Shown one piece after another: positions 7,839 through 15,991 of a DNA stretch of 32,000 nt. The notes beneath the pieces are model-generated. The model searched no databases, was not told the DNA's origin, and saw nothing but the letters and a program-made list of their open reading frames with translations. The stretch comes from Methylorubrum extorquens (GTDB taxonomy: Bacteria; Pseudomonadota; Alphaproteobacteria; Rhizobiales; Beijerinckiaceae), in assembly GCA_900234795.1 (NCBI GenBank), contig LT962688.1:1590001-1622000 (forward strand), read 5' to 3'. A program made the translations under genes and the position numbers. Position 1 is the stretch's first letter; every line of letters begins with the position of its first letter.

Positions 7839-7911
7839 GATCACGATCCTGAATGAGGTGGACGGGCCGGGGCGCGTGTCCGGACTGCCGCGAGTGCGTT
7901 GAGGCGAGGGA

Positions 7912-8331
7912 TCAGGCCGTACGGTCGGCCAGGGCTGCCTTGACCGCCGGTTTGGCGTGGAAGGCGCCGAGCACTTGCACGGAGGCGATGGCGGCACGGG
8001 CGAGTTCCGGCGTCACATCGGGGGCGATGCTGGCGAGACCGAGAACCTGGATGTGGAGCGGAGTGCCCGCGTCTCTTGCCGCTTCGAGGTCCTGCCGGGT
8101 GTAGTGAGACAGGCCCAGGCTGAGCTTCTTGCGGGCCAGCGACTGCGTGACGGCATCGCCCTGACGGTCGAGCTGGTTGCGCACGGCCGTTCGGATGAAG
8201 TCGGCGCGATTGGCATAGAAGCCGTCTCGAACCAGCAGATCGATACGGCCAAGATCGACAAAGCCGAGGTTGATCGTCAGTTTCTCACTGTCGGGCGCTC
8301 TCGGGCGGAGATCTGGAACGTCGTCTGCCAT
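7912..8331 (-). CDS. Ribbon-helix-helix (CopG/Arc/MetJ-like) DNA-binding protein with a C-terminal extension
   Basis: 139 aa. KLTINLGFVDLGRIDLLVRDGFYANRADFIRTAVRNQL has a beta-strand/helix/helix RHH pattern. It lies directly upstream of the esterase gene on the same strand. Confidence 0.75.
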   Translation of the reverse strand: MADDVPDLRPRAPDSEKLTINLGFVDLGRIDLLVRDGFYANRADFIRTAVRNQLDRQGDAVTQSLARKKLSLGLSHYTRQDLEAARDAGTPLHIQVLGLASIAPDVTPELARAAIASVQVLGAFHAKPAVKAALADRTA

Positions 8332-8335
8332 CTCT

Positions 8336-8377
8336 AAACCATCCTAAAACCATCCCGTTGGATGGTCCTGAGATGGT
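8336..8377. promoter_or_regulatory. Array of four ACCATC(C) half-sites (two direct, two inverted) at the RHH gene start; candidate operator
   Basis: AAACCATCC at 8336-8344 and 8347-8355, GGATGGT at 8360-8366 and GATGGT at 8372-8377. Same-orientation sites are 11 bp apart. The inner pair forms the palindrome CCATCC-cgtt-GGATGG. The array ends 5 nt from ATG 8331. Confidence 0.45.
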
Positions 8378-9107
8378 GTGCTCGTGGTGTCATACAAGGG
8401 GCGGGCTTTTGCTCGTGACCAGTCTGAGTTCGCAAGCGACCACGCGCCCGCTCTGTCCGACGAGCCGCGGACGCATCGATGTTGCCGGTCGTTCCGCGAC
8501 GTGACGTCGAGCGCATCCGTGACTGCATCGTTCCGCGCCTGACGGGGGGCTCAGTGGCAGGCTGCGCTCTTTCGGGCGCGGGATTCGAATGCACCTTGGC
8601 CAGCTGCGTGGCTGGAGCGCCGAAATGTGCGCGGGCGACAGCCCGTGTTTGAGGTTTCCGGAAGGTCTGCGGGGTGGGGGCGAGCGGCTCACTTGGCGGC
8701 TTTGGCCGAGGGCCCGGAATGCACCCATTTGGAACGCCGAGGGCACAAGCTTCTGACTTCCTTAAGTCGTGCCGTCTTGAGCGTTCCGATATCGACGCGG
8801 AAGGATGGCGCGGCCCTGCAGCGGCTCAGGCACATCGAGAATTGATGCGGCGTGTCACGACGTGGGGATAGCCGTCATGGGCTCGAGAGGGGCTGACGTT
8901 CGACAGGTCAGCATCTTCTGGCTTGGTTCGTCGCTCTTCGGGTTTGCACGCGCCGAGTGTCGCCTGCCGTAGAGAGGAAGGAGTGGCCTTCAGGGGAGGC
9001 TATGCAGTCCAGACACTTGGGAGGAAAACCGCCCCCTTGACAGGGGTCGCTGGGGAGAGTGGTCATCTTCCGCTCTCATAACCCGTTGCCATCATTCGGC
9101 TTTCCTA

Positions 9108-9175
9108 GTGAGGAAATCCCGGTGGAGCCGAGGGAGTGGGAACGGCTTGGCGCCGTTCCCGGGTCGTTTCCTCAC
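9108..9175 (-). terminator. Nested GC-rich hairpin at the 3' end of the stress operon (no U tract)
   Basis: The inner stem is GGGAACGGC (9138-9146) / GCCGTTCCC (9152-9160) with a 5-nt loop. The outer arms are GTGAGGAAA (9108-9116) / TTTCCTCAC (9167-9175) and overlap the stop codon at 9172-9174. No T-run follows on the minus strand, so the terminator function is tentative. Confidence 0.35.
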
Positions 9176-10056
9176 ACGGGTTTACGCGTGTCCGCGCCGG
9201 TGCGGCTGACGTTGCCGCGCTCATCCTCGACCTCCACCTCGGTGCGCCGCACTTTGTCCGTAATGGTCTCGGTCCGCTGGGACGCGTCCTTGCGGATGCC
9301 CACCTCCTCGACGACGCGGGCGTCCTTCGACACCACCGCCTCCTCGCGGCGCTCGGTGGCCTCGATGGTCCTATCCGCGAACAGGGCCTCGTCGGCGGCC
9401 GTGACCGGGCGGTCCACGGAGCGGCGCTCGACCTGTACGTTCTCCTCGCGCAGGTTCACTTGCTCGTTGACGGGCGTCTCGACCGCGTAGGATCGGACGC
9501 GCACCCGGCCATGCTCGGCCACGCGCTTACCGACGTTGAGCCGCTCCTCGACGACCGGGATGTAGTCCGTCTCGCCCGTCGCTGTGCCGCGCGCTGAGGT
9601 GGCGCCGGCAGCCGTTGCCGTGCTGGCAGACGAGGTCGTGCCCGCGGTCGCCGACGAGGCTCCGGTGGTGGTCGCGGCGCCGTAGCCGCTCCAGCCTTCT
9701 TTGCGCCAGGTCGCCTCGCGCTCGTCGAGATCGACCGAGCCGTGCTCCTCGAGAATGTCCATCGCCCGGTCGACATGCGAAGCCTCGACCGTGACGGTCA
9801 GGAGCGTGCCACCACGGCTCAGGCCCTCGCTGTAGGTGTAGCGGTCCTCTTCCGGCATGAAGGCATCCTTGAGCGAGGCCCAGAAGCCACCCTCGTCGCG
9901 GGTGTGATCGTAGCCCTGGCTCGTGCCGGCCTGGGCCGTCTGCTTGCCCGCGAGCAGCTTGATCGAGGATTGCGGGATGCCCGCAGCCACGAGCTTGGCC
10001 TGGGCGGCTTCGGCCTCGGCGCGGTTGTCATACATGGCGGTTAGGGTCTGGGTCAT
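9172..10056 (-). CDS. YsnF/AvaK (DUF2382) domain stress-response protein with an N-terminal general-stress-type domain and a low-complexity A/T/S linker
   Basis: Contains MTQTLTAMYDNRAEAEAAQAKLVAAGI...IPVVEERLNVGKRVAEHGRVRVRSYAVETPVNEQVNLREENVQVERR...EEAVVSKDARVVEEV, the repeated DUF2382 pattern. AAGGAG lies 7 nt upstream. The start overlaps the upstream stop as ATGA. Confidence 0.88.
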   Translation of the reverse strand: MTQTLTAMYDNRAEAEAAQAKLVAAGIPQSSIKLLAGKQTAQAGTSQGYDHTRDEGGFWASLKDAFMPEEDRYTYSEGLSRGGTLLTVTVEASHVDRAMDILEEHGSVDLDEREATWRKEGWSGYGAATTTGASSATAGTTSSASTATAAGATSARGTATGETDYIPVVEERLNVGKRVAEHGRVRVRSYAVETPVNEQVNLREENVQVERRSVDRPVTAADEALFADRTIEATERREEAVVSKDARVVEEVGIRKDASQRTETITDKVRRTEVEVEDERGNVSRTGADTRKPV

Positions 10057-10544
10057 GGGGTCTGCTCCTTGGGGGGGATTTCGCTGACGTGCCCGTCGGC
10101 GGACACGCGTTCGACCACGGCGTGCTGCCTGCGCAGCGTCACCGGAACCTCGACCGCCTCGCCCGAAGTGGTCTGGCGAATGTGCACCTCTTCCTTGAGG
10201 ATGAGGCGCTTCTCGACGACGAGGACTTCCTCCAGGACCGGGATGATGGTCACCCCATTCTCTGTCCTGATCGTTGGGGCGACCTCGCCCTCCGCGATGA
10301 CCCGGTCGATCGGGATCCGGGTCACGCCGACGACGTCGCTGCGCAGGGTCTCGCGGAGCACGTCGTCGGTGGTTTCGGTGCGGGTCTGAACCCGAACCCG
10401 GCCTTTCTCGACGACCCGTTTGTCGATGCGGGCGGTCTCTTCGATAACCGGGATTGTCTCAGTCTCGCCGACCGCGAGTTCGGCTGCGGGCCGGCTTGCC
10501 GTCCCGAGCCCGTGCGGGTCGTTCTTGGTCGGGTCCGCGGTCAT
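10053..10544 (-). CDS. YsnF/AvaK (DUF2382) domain protein
   Basis: Contains IPVIEETARIDKRVVEKGRVRVQTRTETTDDVLRETLRSDVVGV...IIPVLEEVLVVEKRLILKEEVHIRQ. It has 4-nt ATGA overlaps with both neighbours (10053-10056 and 10541-10544). Confidence 0.85.
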   Translation of the reverse strand: MTADPTKNDPHGLGTASRPAAELAVGETETIPVIEETARIDKRVVEKGRVRVQTRTETTDDVLRETLRSDVVGVTRIPIDRVIAEGEVAPTIRTENGVTIIPVLEEVLVVEKRLILKEEVHIRQTTSGEAVEVPVTLRRQHAVVERVSADGHVSEIPPKEQTP

Positions 10545-11515
10545 GCGCGGGGCTGCCTGACCGGGACGCCGACGGTCCGCGTGACCGTCGGATCGACCGC
10601 CGCGCTCCGACCGGCGAAGTAGGCGGCCAGCGCGCCGAGGATCAGCGCCAAGGCCCCGTAGAGCGCGGCCTGCGAAGCGGTGCGGGCCGCGGTGTCCGCT
10701 GCCTGCTTGGCTTGCTCCTTAGCCTTGGCCGTCGCTTCCTTAAACTGTTGGATATACTGCTGGACCTGGGTCCGGGCCTGCTCCACCGGGATGTTCTGTG
10801 CCTTGGCGAGCGCCTGCGCCGCCTTCTCCGAGGCCTGCGCCTGTTGGGCATCGTCCCCGGTGACCGCCGCGCGCATGGCGCTGACGGCTGCGTCCTTGAG
10901 CGCGGCCGGATCCTGGCCATTGGCGCCGGAGCGGAGCTGGTTCTCGATGCTGGAGAAGGGATCCGAGATCTTGCTCAGCGAAGGCGCTGCCGTCTGCGCC
11001 ACAGTCTGGATCGAGCCGCCGGCCGCTCGGCCGAGACCGCCCACGGCACCGGACGCGGTGTTGAAGGCGCCCCCCACGAGGCCGCTTACGGCCGAGGAGA
11101 GCAGGTAGAAGATCACCAAGGTGGTGACCGCCCAGGAGGTCAGGCCGTGGTAGCCGGTGGTGGATTTCGAAGGCTTGCCCGACAGGCGCCCAGCGAGATA
11201 GCCGCCGGCAGCGGAAGCGAGGATGCCGGAGACCACCCACCACAAACCTGCGCCCATGCCGAGCGAGCTGGCGCCCGGTGTGCCGTCTCCGGCCGGGTCG
11301 ACCGTCGAGAGGCCGACACCGAGGCCGAGCATGTTCAGGATCACTTGTAGGACCAGGGCCGCGACGGCACCGGCGAAGACGGCGCCCCAGGAGATCTGAT
11401 TGAGCGCGACGGTACGCAGGTCCTCGGCCGGGGCGACCATACTGGTTTGCGGCACGTGGCGGTCATGGATGTCGCGGTCACCTGGTCCGCGGACTGGGTC
11501 TGTGACGGTGGCCAT
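10541..11515 (-). CDS. Hypothetical membrane protein: Gly/Ala-rich transmembrane N-half, Ala/Gln/Lys-rich helical region, C-terminal TM helix
   Basis: 324-aa ORF with a strong SD (AGGAG) 7 nt upstream of ATG 11515. It contains WGAVFAGAVAALVLQVILNMLGLGVGL...GLWWVVSGILASAAGGYLAG...TSWAVTTLVIFYLL. It is translationally coupled to the downstream DUF2382 genes. Confidence 0.8.
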   Translation of the reverse strand: MATVTDPVRGPGDRDIHDRHVPQTSMVAPAEDLRTVALNQISWGAVFAGAVAALVLQVILNMLGLGVGLSTVDPAGDGTPGASSLGMGAGLWWVVSGILASAAGGYLAGRLSGKPSKSTTGYHGLTSWAVTTLVIFYLLSSAVSGLVGGAFNTASGAVGGLGRAAGGSIQTVAQTAAPSLSKISDPFSSIENQLRSGANGQDPAALKDAAVSAMRAAVTGDDAQQAQASEKAAQALAKAQNIPVEQARTQVQQYIQQFKEATAKAKEQAKQAADTAARTASQAALYGALALILGALAAYFAGRSAAVDPTVTRTVGVPVRQPRA

Positions 11516-11563
11516 GGCGGACTCCTGAAGTGGGAAAGGGAGGCGAAGGGTGGCGGGGCAGGA

Positions 11564-11824
11564 TCAGAGCACCCGGCGGCGGTCGATCAGGGCGTGGTAG
11601 AGCCAAAGCACCACGACGGCGCCGACGACGGCCACCAGCAGGCTGTAGAGATTGAGCCCGGAGACGCCCGGCTGACCGAACTGGTTGAACAGAAAGCCGC
11701 CGACGACGGCGCCGACGATGCCGAGCAGAATGTCGACGACGAGCCCCTGGCCGGTGTTGTTGACGATCCGGCTCGCAACGAAGCCGGCGACGAGGCCGAG
11801 GATGATCCAGGCGAGGAGAGACAT
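11564..11824 (-). CDS. GlsB/YeaQ/YmgE-family (transglycosylase-associated) stress membrane protein
   Basis: MSLLAWIILGLVAGFVASRIVNNTGQGLVVDILLGIVGAVVGGFLFNQFGQPGVSGLNLYSLLVAVVGAVVVLWLYHAL is the canonical family pattern. AGGAG lies 9 nt upstream. Confidence 0.93.
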   Translation of the reverse strand: MSLLAWIILGLVAGFVASRIVNNTGQGLVVDILLGIVGAVVGGFLFNQFGQPGVSGLNLYSLLVAVVGAVVVLWLYHALIDRRRVL

Positions 11825-11925
11825 GGGCGTGGCTCCTGATGGTCGCGCAACATCGCGCCGGACCGCTCCGGTGCACGGTGCGCGATGACTCGGATCGAGC
11901 GGGCGCGGTTGCGTTGGGCCGCTGC

Positions 11926-12108
11926 CTAGGTGGGCGGGCGGCGAAAGCGTCTCGGTTTCGGCGCTGTCTGGACGTGCACCGCCTCGATGGTCGCGATCTC
12001 GGCCGCGGCTTCCGCCTCCGCCCGTGCGTCACCGAACACAATGGCAACGGCCTGCTTGATCAGGGCACGCGCGTGGTCATTCGACAGAACCTTGCGGCCC
12101 TTGCCCAT
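11926..12108 (-). CDS. Small hypothetical protein (60 aa), first gene of the stress operon
   Basis: Reads MGKGRKVLSNDHARALIKQAVAIVFGDARAEAEAAAEIATIEAVHVQTAPKPRRFRRPPT. ATG 12108 has GAGGTG 6 nt upstream; the ORF track begins at GTG 12117. No family was recognised. Confidence 0.5.
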   Translation of the reverse strand: MGKGRKVLSNDHARALIKQAVAIVFGDARAEAEAAAEIATIEAVHVQTAPKPRRFRRPPT

Positions 12109-12179
12109 GGCCCGCACCTCGTGTTGATCTTGCGATCACTGCTGAGATGCTCGAGCCGAGCAGAGCTACTACAGCCATA

Positions 12180-12203
12180 AACCAGCCAAACAATCGATGT
12201 TCC
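12180..12203 (-). promoter_or_regulatory. Candidate EcfG-type (general stress sigma factor) promoter, GGAAC-N16-GTT
   Basis: The minus strand reads GGAAC (12203-12199), ATCGATTGTTTGGCTG, then GTTT (12182-12179). It sits in an AT-rich gap about 70 nt upstream of the small ORF that heads the YsnF/GlsB gene string. Confidence 0.4.
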
Positions 12204-12247
12204 GGAGATTTACATATTAATATTTCAAACTAATCGGGTTAGTGTTT

Positions 12248-13750
12248 CTAGCCTAATTTTCCCGGCTTCGTGTTTCCATTCGGTGCAAACTCGCCGATGC
12301 CTCGCTCTCTAGCCCAGACCACGACAGCGCTCCGGCGATTGACCCCGATCTTGCGATAGAGGCTGGCGAGATGATTGCGCACTGTGCTCAGCGACAAACC
12401 GAGTTCGGCCGCGATCTCCGAGTCGGTGGCGCCCTTGCAAATACCGAGCAACAGATCGCGCTCGCGACGTGTGAGCTTTTCGACGAGAGCAGCCGGCTTG
12501 CCGGGTGGCGGCGGGTTGCGCATCAACGCCAGCTTTTCGATGATGCCATGGCTGAACCAGGACGCGTCCGCCATGACCGTCTCGATGGCAGCGATCAGCT
12601 CCGTCTCCGTGCGCTTGCGAGCGGTGATGTCCTGCATCGCGCAGAGGACGAAGGTCTCGCCGTTGATGCGCACCGGCTCGGCCGAGACCAGGCAGTCGAG
12701 GATCTCACCTTCCCGGTTCCGCAGGCGCGCCTCGAAGCCTCGGACCTGCCCCGCCTGCTTCAGCATGCGCTTGAATCGGGCCTGCTCTGCCTCCTCCACC
12801 CAGAGGCTGTCCTGCGCAGCGACGGTCCCACCCACCGTTCCGGACCGGTGGCTGCCCGGATCTCCGAACATGGCAGCGAAGGCCTCGTTGACGTTCGAGG
12901 CCAGCAATGCGTCCGTGCTGAGGAGGGCGGTGGGAACCGGGCTGAGCTGGAAAGCCTTGGCGAAGCGCTCCTCGCTGAGCTTCAGCTCCATCTCGGCTTT
13001 GCGGCGATCCTCCAGATCGGCGAAGGTGAACAGCATACAGCGCTCGCCGCCGGGCATTCGGATGGGATGGCCAGCGACGATGACGTACTTCTCACTATCG
13101 GCGGGCACATTTAGGCAGGCTTCCATCTGCGGGATGGTGTCGCCAGCGTGCAGGCGTTCGACCGCGAGCGCCCGACACTCTGCCTGCGTCAGCAGGTCGA
13201 TCTCGCAGAAGGAGTGGCCGAGCACTTGATCACGGGCATAGCCGGTCAGGTCGAGAAAACCCTGGTTGACCTTGACGTAGCGCAGGTCCGCCAAGCGGCA
13301 GACCAGGGCCGGTGCCGGGTTGGCCCGGAACATGTCCTCGAAACGGGCCTCGGCCTCGTATCGGTCGCTGACATCCTGCATCACCAGCGCCAAGCCGGTG
13401 AGTTGGCCCTCGCTGTCGGTGGTGACGAGGGAGCGGATGCGGTGCATCCATCGCTGCTCCGGAGCGCGGAAGTGGTGCACTTCGACGACCGTGTCCCGGA
13501 AGAGCTCACCCGTCAGCAGTCGCTCGACGGGATGCTGAAGCGGGCCGATATCGGCGTGGCTGCGGTACTCCAGAACGAAGTTGCGCCGGTACTCGGCGAC
13601 CGTCTCGCCGAGCTCGTCGAGCGCGGCCACGCCGTGCATCGTGAGCGCGGCCCCGTTGGCGTAGGAAATGGTCTGATCCGGCTCGATCAGGATGACACCC
13701 TCACTCAAGCCGGCCACGACCTGCCGCATCCGGTCGCTACGATCCGTCAT
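12248..13750 (-). CDS. Triple-PAS sensor fused to a LuxR/GerE-type HTH transcriptional regulator
   Basis: 500 aa with three PAS-like blocks (..GVILIEPDQTISYANGAALTMHG.., ..PALVCRLADLRYVKVNQGFLDLTGYARDQVLGHSF.., ..ALLSTDALLASNVNEAFAAMFG..DITARKRTE). The C-terminal LTRRERDLLLGICKGATDSEIAAELGLSLSTVRNHLASLYRKIGV is a LuxR-type HTH. GGAG lies 8 nt upstream of ATG 13750. Confidence 0.9.
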   Translation of the reverse strand: MTDRSDRMRQVVAGLSEGVILIEPDQTISYANGAALTMHGVAALDELGETVAEYRRNFVLEYRSHADIGPLQHPVERLLTGELFRDTVVEVHHFRAPEQRWMHRIRSLVTTDSEGQLTGLALVMQDVSDRYEAEARFEDMFRANPAPALVCRLADLRYVKVNQGFLDLTGYARDQVLGHSFCEIDLLTQAECRALAVERLHAGDTIPQMEACLNVPADSEKYVIVAGHPIRMPGGERCMLFTFADLEDRRKAEMELKLSEERFAKAFQLSPVPTALLSTDALLASNVNEAFAAMFGDPGSHRSGTVGGTVAAQDSLWVEEAEQARFKRMLKQAGQVRGFEARLRNREGEILDCLVSAEPVRINGETFVLCAMQDITARKRTETELIAAIETVMADASWFSHGIIEKLALMRNPPPPGKPAALVEKLTRRERDLLLGICKGATDSEIAAELGLSLSTVRNHLASLYRKIGVNRRSAVVVWARERGIGEFAPNGNTKPGKLG

Positions 13751-13929
13751 CTCGCGTCTCCGCCGTCCGGATAGACAACGCCGCCGCGCCCGCGCGGGTC
13801 ACAAAGCGAGCGTTGATGTCGAGCTGTGATGCGAGATGCCTCTGCGGACATGGGAGACGAAAGCCTCTCGGCAGCGTTGAACGCAGTGTGCCGGGAGCAT
13901 CGGCGCAGCATCGAGAGGTTTTACGCCGC

Positions 13930-15885
13930 ATGCTGATCGACGAAGCCGCCCCGCGCCCACCGGCCCAGGTGCCGCCCCCCTTGGTGCCCGGTTTGCGCGG
14001 GCTCCTGACCCTCGCCGTCGGCGTCGTGCTCGTGACAGCCCTCTACTTCGGGCGTGAGGTGTTCATCCCGCTTGTGCTGGCGGTTCTCCTCAGCTTCGTC
14101 CTGGCTCCTGTCGTCAATCTGCTGCGCCGGCTGAGGCTCGGCCGAGTGCCATCGGTCATCGTCGCCGTACTGCTCGCGCTCGCGGTCATCGGTGGCATCG
14201 GAGCCGTTATCGGTACCCAGGTCGCGGGGCTCGCCGGCGACCTGCCGCAATACCAAGCCACCGTGCAGAAGAAGTTCGCCGGGCTGCAGGCAGGTTGGCT
14301 CGGCAATGCCAGCCGGATCTTCCAGCGTTTCAACCACCAAGTCCACAACGCCACCCAGAAGGCGGATGCCGCCGGTACTGCAGCGTCGACGGGCCCCGCG
14401 GGCGACACCCCGAAGGCTCAACTCGTTAAGGTTCAGGAGCCCGATCCGTCACCCTTTACCCTCGCCGAGAAGGTGCTCGGTCCCATCGTCGAGCCGTTGA
14501 CCACGGTCGGCATCGTCCTCGTCGTGGTCGTGTTCCTGTTGCTCCAGCGAGAAGACCTGCGCAACCGAATGATCCGCCTGTTCGGATCGGGTGACCTGCA
14601 CCGGACGACGATGGCCATGGACGACGCGGCCGGCCGGCTTGGCACATACTTCCTGGCCCAGCTTGGCATGAATGCGACCTTCGGCTTCATCATCGGCCTC
14701 GGTCTCTGGTTCATCGGCGTGCCCAATCCGCTCCTGTGGGGCGTGTTCTCCGCGCTGATGCGCTTCGTGCCCTATATCGGCGCCTTCCTCTCGGCCCTGT
14801 TCCCCCTTGCCCTGGCCGCCGCCGTCGACCCAGGCTGGTCCATGGTCATCGCGACGGCCATCCTGTTCCTGGTGGTCGAGCCCCTGTTCGGGCACGTGAT
14901 CGAGCCGCTGCTCTACGGGCACTCGACCGGCCTCTCTCCCTTCGCGGTTATCGTCTCGACCCTGTTCTGGGGGTTCCTGTGGGGGCCGATCGGCCTGATC
15001 CTGGCCACGCCCTTCACCGTGTGCCTCGTGGTGCTCGGGCGGCACGTCGACAGCCTGGAGTTCCTCGACATCATTCTCGGCGACCGGCCGCCGCTGACGC
15101 CGGTGGAGAACTTCTATCAGCGCATGTTGGCCGGAGACCCGGACGAGGCACGCGACCTCGGCGAGGCCATGCTGAAGGAGCGCTCGCTGTCCTCCTACTA
15201 TGACGAGGTGGCACTGAAAGGGCTTCAGCTCGCCGCCAACGACTACGCTCGCGGGGTCGTGACGCCGGCGCAGCTGGAGAACATCCGCGCTTCGGCACGC
15301 TCGCTCGTCGAGGATTTCGAGGATCGACCCGACGTCGAGCCGTCAGGCGAGGACAAAGCGGTCAACCCGAATGAGACGCCGACGCTGGCCGAGCGGACGC
15401 ACTTCAAGAGCGAGGCCGTCCCTGGGCAGGCACCGCCGCGCGAGATGCTACCCGAGGCGTGGCGGGGCGAAACACCGGTGCTGTGCGTCGCTGGGCGCGG
15501 CCCCCTCGACGAAGCCTCCTCGGCCATGCTGGCCCAACTGCTGCGCAAGCATGGACTTGAGGCCCGCGTGGTTCCGTACGGTGACGTCTCACGCGAGCAG
15601 ATCCGCAGCCTAGATCTGACGGGAGTGGCGATGGTGTGCATCTCCTACCTCGACATCACCGGCAGCCCGGCTCACCTGCGCTACCTCCTCGAACGGCTCC
15701 GGAAGAAGGCGCCCACCGTGAAGCTGCTGGTCGGGTTGTGGCCCGAGGGCGAGAAGGTGCTGACGGATGCCTCCCTCGGTCGGCAGGTCGGAGCCGACGT
15801 CTACGTTTCCTCGCTCCGGCAGGCCGTTGAGGCCTGCCTCGAGGCTGCGACAGACGATTCCGAAACTGTCGATCAGGCGGCCTGA
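13930..15885 (+). CDS. AI-2E (PerM/UPF0118) family transporter with a ~270-aa C-terminal cytoplasmic extension
   Basis: The membrane core reads FGREVFIPLVLAVLLSFVLAPVVNLLRRLRLGRVPSVIVAVLL...PNPLLWGVFSALMRFVPYIGAFLSALFPL...GFLWGPIGLILATPFTVCLVVLGRH. The tail runs from ~15060. ATG 13930 (MLIDEAAP) is preferred over the ORF opening at 13813. Confidence 0.88.
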   Translation: MLIDEAAPRPPAQVPPPLVPGLRGLLTLAVGVVLVTALYFGREVFIPLVLAVLLSFVLAPVVNLLRRLRLGRVPSVIVAVLLALAVIGGIGAVIGTQVAGLAGDLPQYQATVQKKFAGLQAGWLGNASRIFQRFNHQVHNATQKADAAGTAASTGPAGDTPKAQLVKVQEPDPSPFTLAEKVLGPIVEPLTTVGIVLVVVVFLLLQREDLRNRMIRLFGSGDLHRTTMAMDDAAGRLGTYFLAQLGMNATFGFIIGLGLWFIGVPNPLLWGVFSALMRFVPYIGAFLSALFPLALAAAVDPGWSMVIATAILFLVVEPLFGHVIEPLLYGHSTGLSPFAVIVSTLFWGFLWGPIGLILATPFTVCLVVLGRHVDSLEFLDIILGDRPPLTPVENFYQRMLAGDPDEARDLGEAMLKERSLSSYYDEVALKGLQLAANDYARGVVTPAQLENIRASARSLVEDFEDRPDVEPSGEDKAVNPNETPTLAERTHFKSEAVPGQAPPREMLPEAWRGETPVLCVAGRGPLDEASSAMLAQLLRKHGLEARVVPYGDVSREQIRSLDLTGVAMVCISYLDITGSPAHLRYLLERLRKKAPTVKLLVGLWPEGEKVLTDASLGRQVGADVYVSSLRQAVEACLEAATDDSETVDQAA

Positions 15886-15991
15886 ACTCGGGAGGGAGCG
15901 AGCACGTCTGATCGGCCCGCCGATAACCCAAGGCGCACAGACTCGGTCGTAGCGCAGCGCGTCGATGAAGGTGAGCGTACGGAGCAGCACA

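Noticed and set aside
7839-7997. N-terminal extension of the esterase ORF
   Set aside because: It is Pro/Ser/Arg-rich and would overlap the RHH gene 3' end. The internal ATG 7838 has an AGGA SD and the N-terminus MNAFSGIDMGEVTRLTRAG typical of this esterase family.
7912-8331. RHH protein as the antitoxin of a type II toxin-antitoxin pair
   Set aside because: No toxin-sized partner gene is adjacent. The downstream gene is a 419-aa esterase and upstream is non-coding. The protein is larger than typical RHH antitoxins.
8470-8495. Minus-strand GGAAC-N17-CGTC upstream of the RHH gene as a second EcfG-type promoter
   Set aside because: The -10 element deviates from CGTT/GTT. A second nearby GGAAC (8530-8534) has no -10 partner at all. 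GGAAC is expected by chance in this much GC-rich DNA, so this is too weak to call.
8575-8600. GGGATTCGAATGC, reminiscent of a tRNA T-loop
   Set aside because: The flanking bases do not form a T-stem on either strand, and no acceptor or anticodon arms could be drawn, so it is not a tRNA.
10454-11350. 298-aa plus-strand ORF, and similar long shadow ORFs at 6582-7412, 12371-13229, 14449-15045, 25528-26193 and 28004-28933
   Set aside because: Each overlaps a gene on the other strand that has clear family motifs, a good SD and sensible operon context. Their translations are low-complexity and Arg/Gly/Pro-rich.
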